DNA from: Staphylococcus phage vB_StaM_PB50 | Sequence record: OR770614.1 | Length of the DNA stretch: 64,000 nucleotides | Direction: 5' to 3' (one strand) | Shown: positions 10,605 through 19,639 of the stretch, piece by piece | Position numbering within the stretch: position 1 is the first letter of the stretch | How the letters are laid out: each line of letters begins with the position of its first letter | Position numbers and translations under genes: made by a program | Notes under the pieces: generated by a model | What the model was told of the DNA's origin: nothing | Seen by the model: the letters and a program-made list of their open reading frames with translations, nothing else | Database searches by the model: none

Positions 10605-11090
10605 CTATTCTAAATAGTATATTCCTTCACTAATATCAATTCCATGCTTTTTCAAATCAGAAGATTTAACTAAATTATTTTTACATATTAGTTGTCCATC
10701 AAACCTATTTGTAATAATACCTTTATTATTTACTTTTTTACCAATTGCATGATCTGAAATTCTAATAAATTTAAAATTATTGTTTTTTACATATATCGAT
10801 ATAGATCTTTTATTACTAGAAAAATTAACTATATAACCACTTCTAGCTAATTCATTTGTTAAACTTCCTTTTACATTACCTAATTCTAAAATAACTTCAT
10901 TTGTTTTAGAATTAATAAATTTCTTTCTAATATCTTCCCCTAACATCACATGGTCATTAATCTCTTTCACTATAGGCATTGTATTAAAGTTATTCTTCTG
11001 TGAGTAGTCTAGAAGAAAGAATAATAAATCTTCAATTCCTTCTTCTGTGACTGGAAAGACCTCCTTATTTTTATTCTCCAAATATTTCAT
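10605..11090 (-). CDS. hypothetical protein
   Basis: 161-aa ORF. Confidence 0.5.
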   Translation of the reverse strand: MKYLENKNKEVFPVTEEGIEDLLFFLLDYSQKNNFNTMPIVKEINDHVMLGEDIRKKFINSKTNEVILELGNVKGSLTNELARSGYIVNFSSNKRSISIYVKNNNFKFIRISDHAIGKKVNNKGIITNRFDGQLICKNNLVKSSDLKKHGIDISEGIYYLE

Positions 11091-11116
11091 CCGTTTAATC
11101 TCCTTTAATATATTAT

Positions 11117-11449
11117 TTATACAAAACTATTTAATTCCTTCATATGATAACTTCCTAATTCTAATTTAAGATGAAAGTTCTCTATCATTTTACAATTTAA
11201 ACCATATTCTTCTAATAATTCTACATTAATAGTTTCTTCATTAATTTCCAATATCTCTTTTAATGTAAATATATCTGAAGATACTACTGTTAGAGAATCC
11301 GCTAAATTATCAAGATCTTTTTCTCTAGAATCATCTATATTATAGAAGAAACTTTCTTCCATCAAATGCTTGCAATTAGATATAACAATTAAGTCTCCTA
11401 CAATTTTATCATAAACTCTATCTAAAACTTTTTTACTATCTTTTAACAT
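11117..11449 (-). CDS. hypothetical protein
   Basis: ORF track start at 11500 lies inside the cassette hairpin ATGAAGTT/AACTTCAT; GGAGTGGAATGG RBS precedes internal ATG (MLKDSKKVL) at ~11449. Confidence 0.45.
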   Translation of the reverse strand: MLKDSKKVLDRVYDKIVGDLIVISNCKHLMEESFFYNIDDSREKDLDNLADSLTVVSSDIFTLKEILEINEETINVELLEEYGLNCKMIENFHLKLELGSYHMKELNSFV

Positions 11450-11477
11450 TATCCATTCCACTCCTATTATTTTAATT

Positions 11478-11520
11478 GGTATGAAGTTTATCAACTTCAT
11501 TTATATAATATATACTTATA
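11478..11520 (-). promoter_or_regulatory. promoter-like motif + hairpin cassette
   Basis: TATAAGTATATATTATATAA then hairpin ATGAAGTT/AACTTCAT. Confidence 0.4.
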
Positions 11521-11521
11521 A

Positions 11522-11992
11522 TTAATTTAAATATATATTTTTATTGTAATTATCCTTACCTAATTTATTACTTACATTAATATCAAATATTAAATTTCCA
11601 GTTACAGATTTATCTTTATTATTAATACTTTTTACTAACAACATTGTAATTGAATTATTGTAAGTTAAAGTTTCTATAGTTGTATATATTTTAGTATCTT
11701 TACTTATATCATCCTTTTTAATATTTCTTACTAATTTTAAATCTCCATTGTCTATTATAGTACCTACTTCTGTATCTAATATTTCAATAATACAATTAAC
11801 AAAATCTTCTGCTTTATGAAACAGATCGTGTTTTTCATTAAGAATATAAGTTCTATTTGGTTTAACTTCAGCTTCTTTATTAATTGTATTTAATGATTTA
11901 TATATGAAGTTATTAATATAATTTTGTGTAACTTCAACTGGCAATTTTAAATTATTATTTATTAATTTGTCTATATTCTTTTTATTCTTCAT
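11522..11992 (-). CDS. hypothetical protein
   Basis: 156-aa ORF. Confidence 0.5.
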   Translation of the reverse strand: MKNKKNIDKLINNNLKLPVEVTQNYINNFIYKSLNTINKEAEVKPNRTYILNEKHDLFHKAEDFVNCIIEILDTEVGTIIDNGDLKLVRNIKKDDISKDTKIYTTIETLTYNNSITMLLVKSINNKDKSVTGNLIFDINVSNKLGKDNYNKNIYLN

Positions 11993-12444
11993 TATCTAAA
12001 ATTATCCTTTACTAAATTATTTTTATACTCTTTCTCTGTTATATCTTTTAAATTAAAATCCATTGAATTATGATACCCTTCACTGAGATTATTTTTAATA
12101 ATTAATAGTACTTTGTCTATTATTTTTATTAATCCTTCTTCATCTTCTGGAATAAGTATTGTATCATCATAATGTTGATCATATTCAAATTCATCTTTTA
12201 ATTTACTTAAAATTAAATTATTATCATCTTTAACTATTAAACCATCATCTTCTTCACTATAAAAGAAAAATATAGTACTTTCAGATAAATTTTCGATATC
12301 AAAAGATATTTCACTGTGTAAAGTTAATCCAAAACTATTCACCTTAAATATCTCACTTCTTATTAATTCATCAAAGACTATTTCTTTATTTTTGCCTTGA
12401 AAATAACATTCTTTTCCTCTTAAAATTGTTTTAAAGTATTTCAT
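11992..12444 (-). CDS. KExFK-tail paralog family protein (MKYxK N-terminus)
   Basis: 150 aa; starts MKYFK, ends TEKEYKNNLVKDNFR. Confidence 0.55.
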   Translation of the reverse strand: MKYFKTILRGKECYFQGKNKEIVFDELIRSEIFKVNSFGLTLHSEISFDIENLSESTIFFFYSEEDDGLIVKDDNNLILSKLKDEFEYDQHYDDTILIPEDEEGLIKIIDKVLLIIKNNLSEGYHNSMDFNLKDITEKEYKNNLVKDNFR

Positions 12445-12460
12445 GTTAAGATCTCCTTAT

Positions 12461-12925
12461 TTAAATTTTATCTAATACATTAGCTAGATATTCATTATGA
12501 TTGAGTTCAATTCTGTTTTCTTCAGGAACTTTATTCTCTATATCATCTATAAAACTATCAAACATATTATCAAGAAGTTCAATGAATTTACTATCTGAAC
12601 CTCTTTCTTTATATCTATTTAGATAAATTTCTTTATCTGAACGTTTAGGATAAGCTACAACAAATTCTAAATTATTATCAATCAACTCTTGGATAACCTC
12701 TTTGTGTGTAGATACAAAAATGTAATCCATCACATTCTTATAATAAAGGTCTTTAATATAACGAATATAATTCTTTGGAAATCTAGGATCTCTAATCTTT
12801 TCCCCATCTTTTACTAACCATGAAAAGCTAGTTGAATCCGAATCAGATGTTTTTAAGAATGTGATATTGTTTTTAATATAAGATTTACCTGTACCTGGAA
12901 ATGCTGCGATTATTTTAGTGTTCAT
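12461..12925 (-). CDS. P-loop NTPase (putative nucleotide/nucleoside kinase)
   Basis: 154 aa; N-terminal Walker A AFPGTGKS. Confidence 0.45.
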   Translation of the reverse strand: MNTKIIAAFPGTGKSYIKNNITFLKTSDSDSTSFSWLVKDGEKIRDPRFPKNYIRYIKDLYYKNVMDYIFVSTHKEVIQELIDNNLEFVVAYPKRSDKEIYLNRYKERGSDSKFIELLDNMFDSFIDDIENKVPEENRIELNHNEYLANVLDKI

Positions 12926-13538
12926 TTTTATTTTCTCCTTTAGTGTTTAAATTGTAGTAATCTTGAAACTCTTCTATTTCTTTAATCATTTCATTTGATT
13001 TTTCTATCTTGAGTTTATTCTCTTTATATCTTAAGAATTCGATATATGTCAAAAGACGATTACTCTCAATATTATTTTTCCAGTGATTTTTATATTTCCT
13101 TTCATGACTTTCTATAACTCCTTTTATAAATGGAGGCATATATAGTCCGTCTAGATTATAAAGTATATTACTATCTTCACTAAGAGTACCGTCATTTTTC
13201 ATAACATCCATTAACTCTTTGAAGTATGGATCTTTACTATTTAATATTATATACCATGCAGAATAATATTTTCCTTTATACTTATATGATTTATTTAAAT
13301 GTTGATACTCTTCCATTATTCTTGAATTAAAATATTTTTTACCTATAATTATAGAAGAAATTATTATTGGAACTAATACAAATAAAGATAGTAATGCTAA
13401 TTTAGAGCTAACTCCTAGTAATGAAAAGAATAATAATACTGATCCAAGCATCATTATCATTTTAATTATAAAAGGTATCATTGCATCATAACCTGTTTTA
13501 TAAAGATACCAGTCAAATATATTTACTTTATTTTTCAT
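12915..13538 (-). CDS. membrane protein
   Basis: 207 aa; two N-terminal TM segments. Confidence 0.5.
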   Translation of the reverse strand: MKNKVNIFDWYLYKTGYDAMIPFIIKMIMMLGSVLLFFSLLGVSSKLALLSLFVLVPIIISSIIIGKKYFNSRIMEEYQHLNKSYKYKGKYYSAWYIILNSKDPYFKELMDVMKNDGTLSEDSNILYNLDGLYMPPFIKGVIESHERKYKNHWKNNIESNRLLTYIEFLRYKENKLKIEKSNEMIKEIEEFQDYYNLNTKGENKNEH

Positions 13539-13544
13539 AATTTA

Positions 13545-13739
13545 TCACTTCTCTTTCTTCCTTCTATAAAATGTTCTTCCGTACATATTTTCATAATAAT
13601 CAATAATATCAGTAATACACTGTCTACTAACATTAAATCTTTCAGCAAATTGATCTAATGTTTTCCAATTATTATGAATTATATATTGCATTACTTCTTT
13701 ACGTTCTTTAGGTGTTAATTTATAGTTTCTTCCAGCCAT
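13545..13739 (-). CDS. small HTH-like DNA-binding protein
   Basis: 64 aa; LTPKERKEVMQYI...DQFAERFNVSRQCITDII resembles sigma region-4/HTH; basic C-terminus. Confidence 0.4.
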   Translation of the reverse strand: MAGRNYKLTPKERKEVMQYIIHNNWKTLDQFAERFNVSRQCITDIIDYYENMYGRTFYRRKKEK

Positions 13740-13750
13740 AACTATCTCCT

Positions 13751-14248
13751 TTAATAAGCAATATATAATTTCTTAGCTTGTTTATTACTAATATTGTATT
13801 TATCTTGTAATTCTTTAACTTTATCCATAAGTAAATTAGCATACTCCATATCAATATCATGTCCATTTTTATTCATCTTTTTAAAGTATTCAAATTCAAT
13901 AATAGATTTAATAATCTCACATGCTCTTTCATCATCCGATTTTTTAATCATGAAATTATAAATCATTTCTTGAACTACTTCATTTAAAGTATATTCGATA
14001 TTTTTATCATCTACTATAAAAGTCATTTTAATTTTGTAATCAGGATCATAGAAAACCTCTAAATTAGTAAAATGTGCTACACTCATATCAAATAACCATG
14101 ATGATAATAGATTATCTTTTAGATATCTTAAATTTAATAATAAGTCATTTTTAAACATTTTTGTAATCTCCATTTCTAAGTATTTTGTTTTTAGTAATTC
14201 ATTATTAATAATATCTTGATTAATTTCAATATTTTTATTTTTTAACAT
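13751..14248 (-). CDS. hypothetical protein
   Basis: 165-aa ORF. Confidence 0.5.
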   Translation of the reverse strand: MLKNKNIEINQDIINNELLKTKYLEMEITKMFKNDLLLNLRYLKDNLLSSWLFDMSVAHFTNLEVFYDPDYKIKMTFIVDDKNIEYTLNEVVQEMIYNFMIKKSDDERACEIIKSIIEFEYFKKMNKNGHDIDMEYANLLMDKVKELQDKYNISNKQAKKLYIAY

Positions 14249-14270
14249 ATCCGTTTCAGCTCCCTATTTA

Positions 14271-14492
14271 TTATATTGATAAAAATGTTATTGTTAATAT
14301 GACTTCTCCAATTGCAATTATCATAGCTAATAATACCATTGTCATTAATTCTTTTTTCATTCCAATAAAACCTATTATAAAAGCAATTAATAATAAAGAA
14401 AATAAAAATATCGTCTCAAACATATCCAATTCAACTCCTATTAATTTAATTAAAATAATCCCAATGAGAATATTTATCTCATTGGGATTCAT
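14271..14492 (-). CDS. small membrane protein
   Basis: 73 aa, two hydrophobic segments. Confidence 0.4.
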   Translation of the reverse strand: MNPNEINILIGIILIKLIGVELDMFETIFLFSLLLIAFIIGFIGMKKELMTMVLLAMIIAIGEVILTITFLSI

Positions 14493-14494
14493 TA

Positions 14495-15019
14495 TTATAA
14501 TTCTTTGTATTTATTATATAACTCAGATAATTCTTTATCTTCATATTTAGAAATTTTATCTTCAATATCTTTTTCAGATTCTAATTTCTGCATTCTTAAT
14601 TTCATTAACTTTTCTAATTTTTCTTTTTCTTTCTTCTTATCTAGATTTTTAAAATGTTCAAAAATATCTCTACCAATAAAACTTATGATTTCTTTATATT
14701 CATGAACTTCATCTTCTTCGTCAGTTCTATATTCTAAATCATCTAAATCTTTTACATATTCAGATCTAATGAATTCATCTTCCGACATGATAGATTCAAC
14801 TCTAATTGGTTTAATACTAACCGCAAAATCTTCTAATGTTTCAGAAGTGCTGTAATTTGCAGTAGTTACTAAAGCATAATCTCTATCAAAAGATCCAATA
14901 TTTTCTATAAGTTCTGGAGTTACTAATTTTTCTGGTACTTTATAAATATAGTCATTTCCTTTAAATTCTCTATTGCTAGCAAATTTACCAATTAAATAAT
15001 ATTTCATTTTTATTTCCAC
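14495..15019 (-). CDS. hypothetical protein
   Basis: 174 aa; AAAGGTGGA RBS; N-terminus contains MKYYLIG like the MKYYK family. Confidence 0.5.
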   Translation of the reverse strand: MEIKMKYYLIGKFASNREFKGNDYIYKVPEKLVTPELIENIGSFDRDYALVTTANYSTSETLEDFAVSIKPIRVESIMSEDEFIRSEYVKDLDDLEYRTDEEDEVHEYKEIISFIGRDIFEHFKNLDKKKEKEKLEKLMKLRMQKLESEKDIEDKISKYEDKELSELYNKYKEL

Positions 15020-15031
15020 CTTTTATTTTAT

Positions 15032-15088
15032 TTTGAGTAATATTAATTAATATTACTCATTTTTATAATATATATTTAAATTTGAGAT
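15032..15088 (-). promoter_or_regulatory. promoter-like motif + hairpin cassette
   Basis: TAAATATATATTATAAAAAT then hairpin GAGTAATATTAAT/ATTAATATTACTC then A-rich spacer, AAAGGTGGA RBS. Confidence 0.45.
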
Positions 15089-15747
15089 AATAAAAAGTAT
15101 ATAGTTAATAATCCCATTATAATATGAAAATAGAATAATTTTTTATTTATTCTTTCTTCATATACTTTAAATATTATACTGTCTAAATACTTTTCTAAGT
15201 CCTTATTATCTTTAAAGTTTTTTATAAGTTCTTCAAATTTAATTATATTTCCATCTTTATCTTTCATTTCTAAATTACTAAATACATATTTCTTATTTTC
15301 AAAACTTAAATTTCCACCACCTTCTTTTATTAATTCATATTGAAATAATTTATGTTTTATCATAGGTATTAGACTCATTATAATTATAATGAATATACTC
15401 ATATAAATATCATTGGTTATTCCGTAATTTGTGTTTATTATAAATAAAGAATAAAATATTACTGTATATAAAACTACATCATAACTTTTTAAAATTTTTC
15501 TTATAACTATATTTATCATAAGTATTATAAAGAAATAATATACAATATATGACTTAGCTACTTCATGGTTAAATATAAGTGAAACTATTGGAAATACTGA
15601 ACTTGATAATGTTAACACAGTTGGGAAAAATTTCCTATCTAATTTTTCTTTATATGATGTTGTAAGAATTTTAAATAAAGAAAAATAAGTAATATATACC
15701 ATTATTACAGTTAAAATTGTTACTATAATTTCTTCCACTTTATACAC
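15076..15747 (-). CDS. multi-pass membrane protein
   Basis: 223 aa; 5-6 hydrophobic helices. Confidence 0.5.
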   Translation of the reverse strand: MYKVEEIIVTILTVIMVYITYFSLFKILTTSYKEKLDRKFFPTVLTLSSSVFPIVSLIFNHEVAKSYIVYYFFIILMINIVIRKILKSYDVVLYTVIFYSLFIINTNYGITNDIYMSIFIIIIMSLIPMIKHKLFQYELIKEGGGNLSFENKKYVFSNLEMKDKDGNIIKFEELIKNFKDNKDLEKYLDSIIFKVYEERINKKLFYFHIIMGLLTIYFLLSQI

Positions 15748-15813
15748 TTCTTTCTTATAAAAAAATAATTAATGAAGATCATGGATCTATGAAAAGATCC
15801 ATGATCTAATAAT

Positions 15814-16056
15814 TTAAATACCTTTTGTTATCTTGAGAAATAAGTCTAAATCATCATTGTATTCATCCATAATAACTACTTTAGTTAATTCGCTATGATG
15901 ATTTTTATACACTTCAATTTCATCAAATTCATTTAATTTAATAAATTTAGGTCCTGATGGTACATGTATAATGAAACTGTCATATACGTTAGTTAGTCCT
16001 AAATTTGAAATAAATCTATTAAATATTTCTTCTTTTTTAGTTATTGTTTTAATCAT
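15814..16056 (-). CDS. hypothetical protein
   Basis: 80-aa ORF. Confidence 0.45.
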   Translation of the reverse strand: MIKTITKKEEIFNRFISNLGLTNVYDSFIIHVPSGPKFIKLNEFDEIEVYKNHHSELTKVVIMDEYNDDLDLFLKITKGI

Positions 16057-16084
16057 TTTTTTTTTCTCCTTTATAATTTATATA

Positions 16085-16513
16085 TTATTCTTCAAATAAT
16101 TCTGGATCTGTTTCTGGAGTGATTTCTCTTGAAGTACTTCCTGGTTCACCTGGTGATTTAACTTCACCTTCTGCATCTAACTCTTCTTCACGGCCATTCG
16201 CTGAATATACTGATTCTTCTGTTGTTTCATTTTGTTGAACTTCATTACCAGTGTCTGCATTATTATTTTCTTCTACATTGTTATTTTTAGTTTGTTGATC
16301 ATTTTCATTTGTAGCTTGTTGTTGAGATTCTGTATTTTGATGTTGTTCTTTTTCTTTCTTATTCTCTTTTTCCTTTTTAACTTCTTTTTGCTCAGTTTGT
16401 AATTTTTGTTTTTCTAATTGTAAATCCTTATAACTTGTGTATGCAAATAAAGCTCCTACGAATAATACTGCTACTACCACAATTGCACCTAAACTTATTA
16501 ATAGTTTTTTCAT
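16085..16513 (-). CDS. TM-anchored low-complexity acidic protein (paralog 1 of 3)
   Basis: N-terminal MKKLLISLGAIVVVAVLFVGALFAYTSYKDL TM anchor then Q/E/N-rich region. Confidence 0.55.
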   Translation of the reverse strand: MKKLLISLGAIVVVAVLFVGALFAYTSYKDLQLEKQKLQTEQKEVKKEKENKKEKEQHQNTESQQQATNENDQQTKNNNVEENNNADTGNEVQQNETTEESVYSANGREEELDAEGEVKSPGEPGSTSREITPETDPELFEE

Positions 16514-16541
16514 AATAATTTTCCTCTTTTCTAATTTATTT

Positions 16542-17015
16542 TTAGTTTGCCCACTCTTTAATAATATCTGGATTATTGTTTACTTCTTCTCTGATACTAT
16601 CTACATATTCATTACCTCGTTGTGCTTCTACTTTTCCTTCAGTAATAGCTCTGTCGTTTTCATCCATGTAAGTCATATAGTATTCCATTAATTCTTCGTC
16701 ACTCATAGTACCAATATCTGTATTAACTTCATTACTAGTGTCTACATTATTATTTTCTTTTTGACTTGGTGCTTCTTCTTGACTTGGTGCTTCTTCTTGA
16801 ACTGCTTGTTCTTGATCGTTATTTGTTTGTGTGTTACTTACCGTTTCTTGATTTTTATCTTCTTCAGAATCTTTTTGATTATTTTCTTGAGATACTTTAT
16901 TTTGCTCTTCTTGAGTTTCATTTAGATCTTTATATACTGAATAACCAAATAATACTGTTACTCCCAATACTGATAATAATACTAATACACCTAATATACC
17001 TAATAATTTTTTCAT
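16542..17015 (-). CDS. TM-anchored low-complexity acidic protein (paralog 2 of 3)
   Basis: N-terminus MKKLLGILGVLVLLSVLGVTVLFGYSVYKDL nearly identical to neighbours. Confidence 0.55.
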   Translation of the reverse strand: MKKLLGILGVLVLLSVLGVTVLFGYSVYKDLNETQEEQNKVSQENNQKDSEEDKNQETVSNTQTNNDQEQAVQEEAPSQEEAPSQKENNNVDTSNEVNTDIGTMSDEELMEYYMTYMDENDRAITEGKVEAQRGNEYVDSIREEVNNNPDIIKEWAN

Positions 17016-17062
17016 AATAAATTCTCCTTTAATATTTTATTTATTCTATTCAATTATATCAA

Positions 17063-17653
17063 TTACATACCTTCGCCTGGTTCTGGAATTTCACCTCTTG
17101 ATGCTTTCTCATACATCTCTTTTTGCTTTTCATATTCTGCATCCATATCTTCTTCTTCAGAACCACTATGTTTTTCTTCTTCGCTCAATTCATATTTTTT
17201 ATGAAGTTCAGGATTCGCCATTTCAGGTGAAACTGGTTGGAATTTACCTTCTTCAGCTAATCTATTTAGCTCTGGTGTCATTTCATCTGTTGTGGCAATT
17301 CCATCTCCATTCTTATCAGCCTTAATAATTTCTTCTTTTATGCTTTGAGGATCATCTGCTTTTGGTTGGTCACTGTTATCAACTTCTTGAGTATTTTCAA
17401 CATTACTATTAACTTCTGTTGAATCTGAACTTTGTTCTGTTTCTAAAGATTGATTCTCTTCGTTGTTTACTTCTTTGTTATTTTCTTCGTTGTTATTTTT
17501 ATTAGGTTTTTCTTTAACTTCTTGTTTTTGTTCTGTCTTCAGTTCTTTATCATTACTTTTTATATTCTTATATTGACTGTATCCAAATAAAACTGTTACA
17601 CCTAATACCGCTAATAATACTATTACACCTAATACACCTAAAATTTTTTTCAT
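17063..17653 (-). CDS. TM-anchored low-complexity acidic protein (paralog 3 of 3) with EF-hand-like loop
   Basis: N-terminus MKKILGVLGVIVLLAVLGVTVLFGYSQYKN; DKNGDGIATTDE resembles a Ca-binding EF-hand loop. Confidence 0.55.
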   Translation of the reverse strand: MKKILGVLGVIVLLAVLGVTVLFGYSQYKNIKSNDKELKTEQKQEVKEKPNKNNNEENNKEVNNEENQSLETEQSSDSTEVNSNVENTQEVDNSDQPKADDPQSIKEEIIKADKNGDGIATTDEMTPELNRLAEEGKFQPVSPEMANPELHKKYELSEEEKHSGSEEEDMDAEYEKQKEMYEKASRGEIPEPGEGM

Positions 17654-17730
17654 AATAATTTCTCCTTTAATTTTAATAGTGAGTTAATCACTCTATAAGC
17701 TATCTACCTTAATAGATAGCCTAACAATGA

Positions 17731-18000
17731 TCAGAATACGTCAACGTCAAAGCCTTCAAAGAATTCAAAGACTTCTTCCTGCTTTCTTCCGTCTGCTCCT
17801 GCCATGTGGAACAGGAGACCGAAGTTGTTCTCCTCATCGTGAAACTGTCTCTCGATGGCTTCAGTTAGGTCAAACACATCTTGAGATAGAGCAAGATCCA
17901 GACCCTCTTTGTCTTTAGCTACCACCTCTAGAACTGTCACTCCATTTATTTGAGGTTGGAATCCTCTTGTTGTTTTAATAATTTTAATTGTATCTGTCAT
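17731..18000 (-). CDS. acidic protein on a GC-rich island
   Basis: local GC clearly above background; AAAGGTGGA RBS precedes ATG (MTDTIKII); ORF track extends to a GTG at 18012; acidic C-terminus EEVFEFFEGFDVDVF. Confidence 0.55.
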   Translation of the reverse strand: MTDTIKIIKTTRGFQPQINGVTVLEVVAKDKEGLDLALSQDVFDLTEAIERQFHDEENNFGLLFHMAGADGRKQEEVFEFFEGFDVDVF

Positions 18001-18028
18001 TTTGTCGTCCACCTTTATTTTTAATATG

Positions 18029-18057
18029 TAGAGTGGATCATAGAAAATAATCCACTC
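18029..18057 (-). promoter_or_regulatory. GGATCATAGAAAAT element (copy 1, embedded in hairpin AGAGTGGAT/ATCCACTCT)
   Basis: shared 14-17-nt motif, 4 copies between 18.0 and 21.7 kb, each in an intergenic leader. Confidence 0.4.
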
Positions 18058-18064
18058 TTTTAAA

Positions 18065-18178
18065 TCTATTTATCTTCATTGTTATTATTGAAGACTTCTT
18101 TCATAAATTTGAAACATCCTGTTGCTTTCATGAATACAAGCAACACGATGATTGTAATAAAGTTTGCGATTAACATAT
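18065..18178 (-). CDS. small hydrophobic peptide (about 37 aa)
   Basis: GGAGGTG RBS then ATG; MLIANFITIIVLLVFMK...; not in ORF track (short); coordinates approximate. Confidence 0.3.
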
Positions 18179-18206
18179 CCGATACACCTCCTTATAGTTT
18201 AATTGA

Positions 18207-18404
18207 TTATTTCCAAAAATTTCCTTTCCTAATTTCTCCTACTGTATAATTAATTAATAATGATACAGCTGATAATACTAATCCAAGTGCTAAAGATTTT
18301 CCTTCTACGTATCCAATCATTTCTCCTATGATAAAACCAATTATAAAAGTAAACCAAAATAATATCCATGGCTTTATTTTCAATAATCTTTTTTCTTCAT
18401 TCAT
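18207..18404 (-). CDS. small membrane protein
   Basis: 65 aa; shares INY(T/A)xG(E/D)xRK motif with neighbour 18404..18661. Confidence 0.45.
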   Translation of the reverse strand: MNEEKRLLKIKPWILFWFTFIIGFIIGEMIGYVEGKSLALGLVLSAVSLLINYTVGEIRKGNFWK

Positions 18405-18661
18405 TATCTAAATACATCTCCTTTCTCACTATTTATTCTAATATAGTATACTTTATTACTTTTACTTTCTTGTATTTTAGATTTTCTTTCATCTCCAATT
18501 GCATAATTAATTGCTATAGCAATTAATGGTGTTAACATAGAAATTGTAGCTCCTACAAAGAAATCATTTGACATTAAACCAATAGTTGATCCTAATGTCA
18601 TACCTAAAACTAATGCCCATTCAGTTCTTAATCTTAAAATTTTCATAATAAAATCCTCCAT
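18404..18661 (-). CDS. small membrane protein (paralog of 18207..18404)
   Basis: 85 aa; AINYAIGDERKSK. Confidence 0.45.
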   Translation of the reverse strand: MEDFIMKILRLRTEWALVLGMTLGSTIGLMSNDFFVGATISMLTPLIAIAINYAIGDERKSKIQESKSNKVYYIRINSEKGDVFR

Positions 18662-18666
18662 TTATA

Positions 18667-18990
18667 TTATTGAATTACTAATAAATCGTCTTTCCATAGA
18701 TTATGCTCTTCTTTACTTTGGAAAGATTGATGTAATCTTCCAGCTTTCGCATAATCACTGTTAACTTTATATTCCTTAATTTTATTCTTTTTGACATTTC
18801 TTAAATATCTTTCTGATCTAATGTCAAATTTTAATTTCTCTATTTGTTTCATTAAATCTAATTTCCTTTCAAATTGTTTATTTGAAATTGGTTTATCTCC
18901 GAATCTAATTTCTTTTTCTAATATTGCTTGTAATTCTTGTTTCAATTGTTTGATTTTTTCTTCTCTGACCATTTTAATTACACTCCCCAT
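18667..18990 (-). CDS. hypothetical basic protein (paralog of 20301..20609)
   Basis: shared motif SDYAKAGRLHQSFQSKEEH vs DEFSKAGRLHRKYQKQEKH; likely real start at the second Met (MVREEK) after a GGGGAGTG RBS. Confidence 0.5.
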   Translation of the reverse strand: MGSVIKMVREEKIKQLKQELQAILEKEIRFGDKPISNKQFERKLDLMKQIEKLKFDIRSERYLRNVKKNKIKEYKVNSDYAKAGRLHQSFQSKEEHNLWKDDLLVIQ

Positions 18991-19147
18991 TTTCTTAATC
19001 CGAAAGCTGAATTATCAAAGCTATCTAGTATAGATTCTATTTCTTTATACGTTTGTTCAGATGGGTATCTTGCTCCATCTGAATAATTGTTTAGCAATTC
19101 CTCTTCGTTAATTTCCATAAATTCAATTTCATTTAATAAGTCTAACA
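18975..19147 (-). CDS. small acidic ORF (about 57 aa)
   Basis: AAGGATGA RBS + ATG (MLDLLNEIEF...), directly downstream of a GGATCATAGAAAAT element; overlaps next gene start. Confidence 0.3.
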
Positions 19148-19170
19148 TAATAAATCATCCTTTTCTTTTT

Positions 19171-19222
19171 AGTTTTTTGTTGGATCATAGAAAATTATAG
19201 ACCTAATGAACTTGATCCATGT
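19171..19222 (-). promoter_or_regulatory. GGATCATAGAAAATTAT element + AGACCTAATG/CATTAGGTCT hairpin (copy 2)
   Basis: exact 30-nt identity with copy 3. Confidence 0.45.
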
Positions 19223-19375
19223 CCATTAGGTCTCTTTAAAACAGTATCTTTTTCAACTCCTTATAATTTCTTAATTAATTTTCTTTCAAATAGAATAGTT
19301 TTAAGACTAATTCTATAAGAAGATTTTTCATTCTGTTTATTAATGATAGTGATTTTCATAATGTTTCCTCCTTTT

Positions 19376-19541
19376 TTATTTTAATTTAGCGAACGGATGT
19401 TCAAAAGTTATTTCTGAAGCTCTTTTAAAAACTTGTTTTTCCATTTCTTTTTGCATAGACATTTCTTCAATCTTGTCTAAAACAACTCCCATCACAATTC
19501 CTAATCCAAATCCTGCTAATAATTTCAATAATAATTTTGTC
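19376..19541 (-). CDS. small membrane protein (paralog of 20716..20881)
   Basis: ORF-track N-terminus MKKEIIINSF... is read-through of the cassette hairpin; GGAGGAA RBS precedes MTKLLLKLLAGFGLGIV. Confidence 0.5.
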
Positions 19542-19565
19542 ATAATATATTCCTCCATTAATTTT

Positions 19566-19622
19566 ATGAAGAAAGAGTTAATGATAATCTCTTTCTTCAT
19601 AATTATAATATATGCTTATTTT
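19566..19622 (-). promoter_or_regulatory. promoter-like motif + hairpin cassette (subtype)
   Basis: near-identical to the 10225, 20907 and 62297 copies. Confidence 0.45.
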
Positions 19623-19639
19623 ATTATACGTTACGCTTT

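Noticed and set aside
3725-17918. Other opposite-strand ORFs in the track (3725..4051, 14299..14550, 14505..14705, 16437..16691, 16766..17017, 17098..17325, 17727..17918, 18791..19033, 19968..20177, 20816..21022, 21245..21445, 31162..31458, 32519..32857, 45002..45235, 49899..50120, 51830..52012, 56239..56516, 57571..57759, 61631..61855, 62086..62316, 63219..63486, 7778..7990)
   Set aside because: All lie antisense within better-supported genes, lack RBSs and have low-complexity composition driven by AT-rich codons of the opposite strand.
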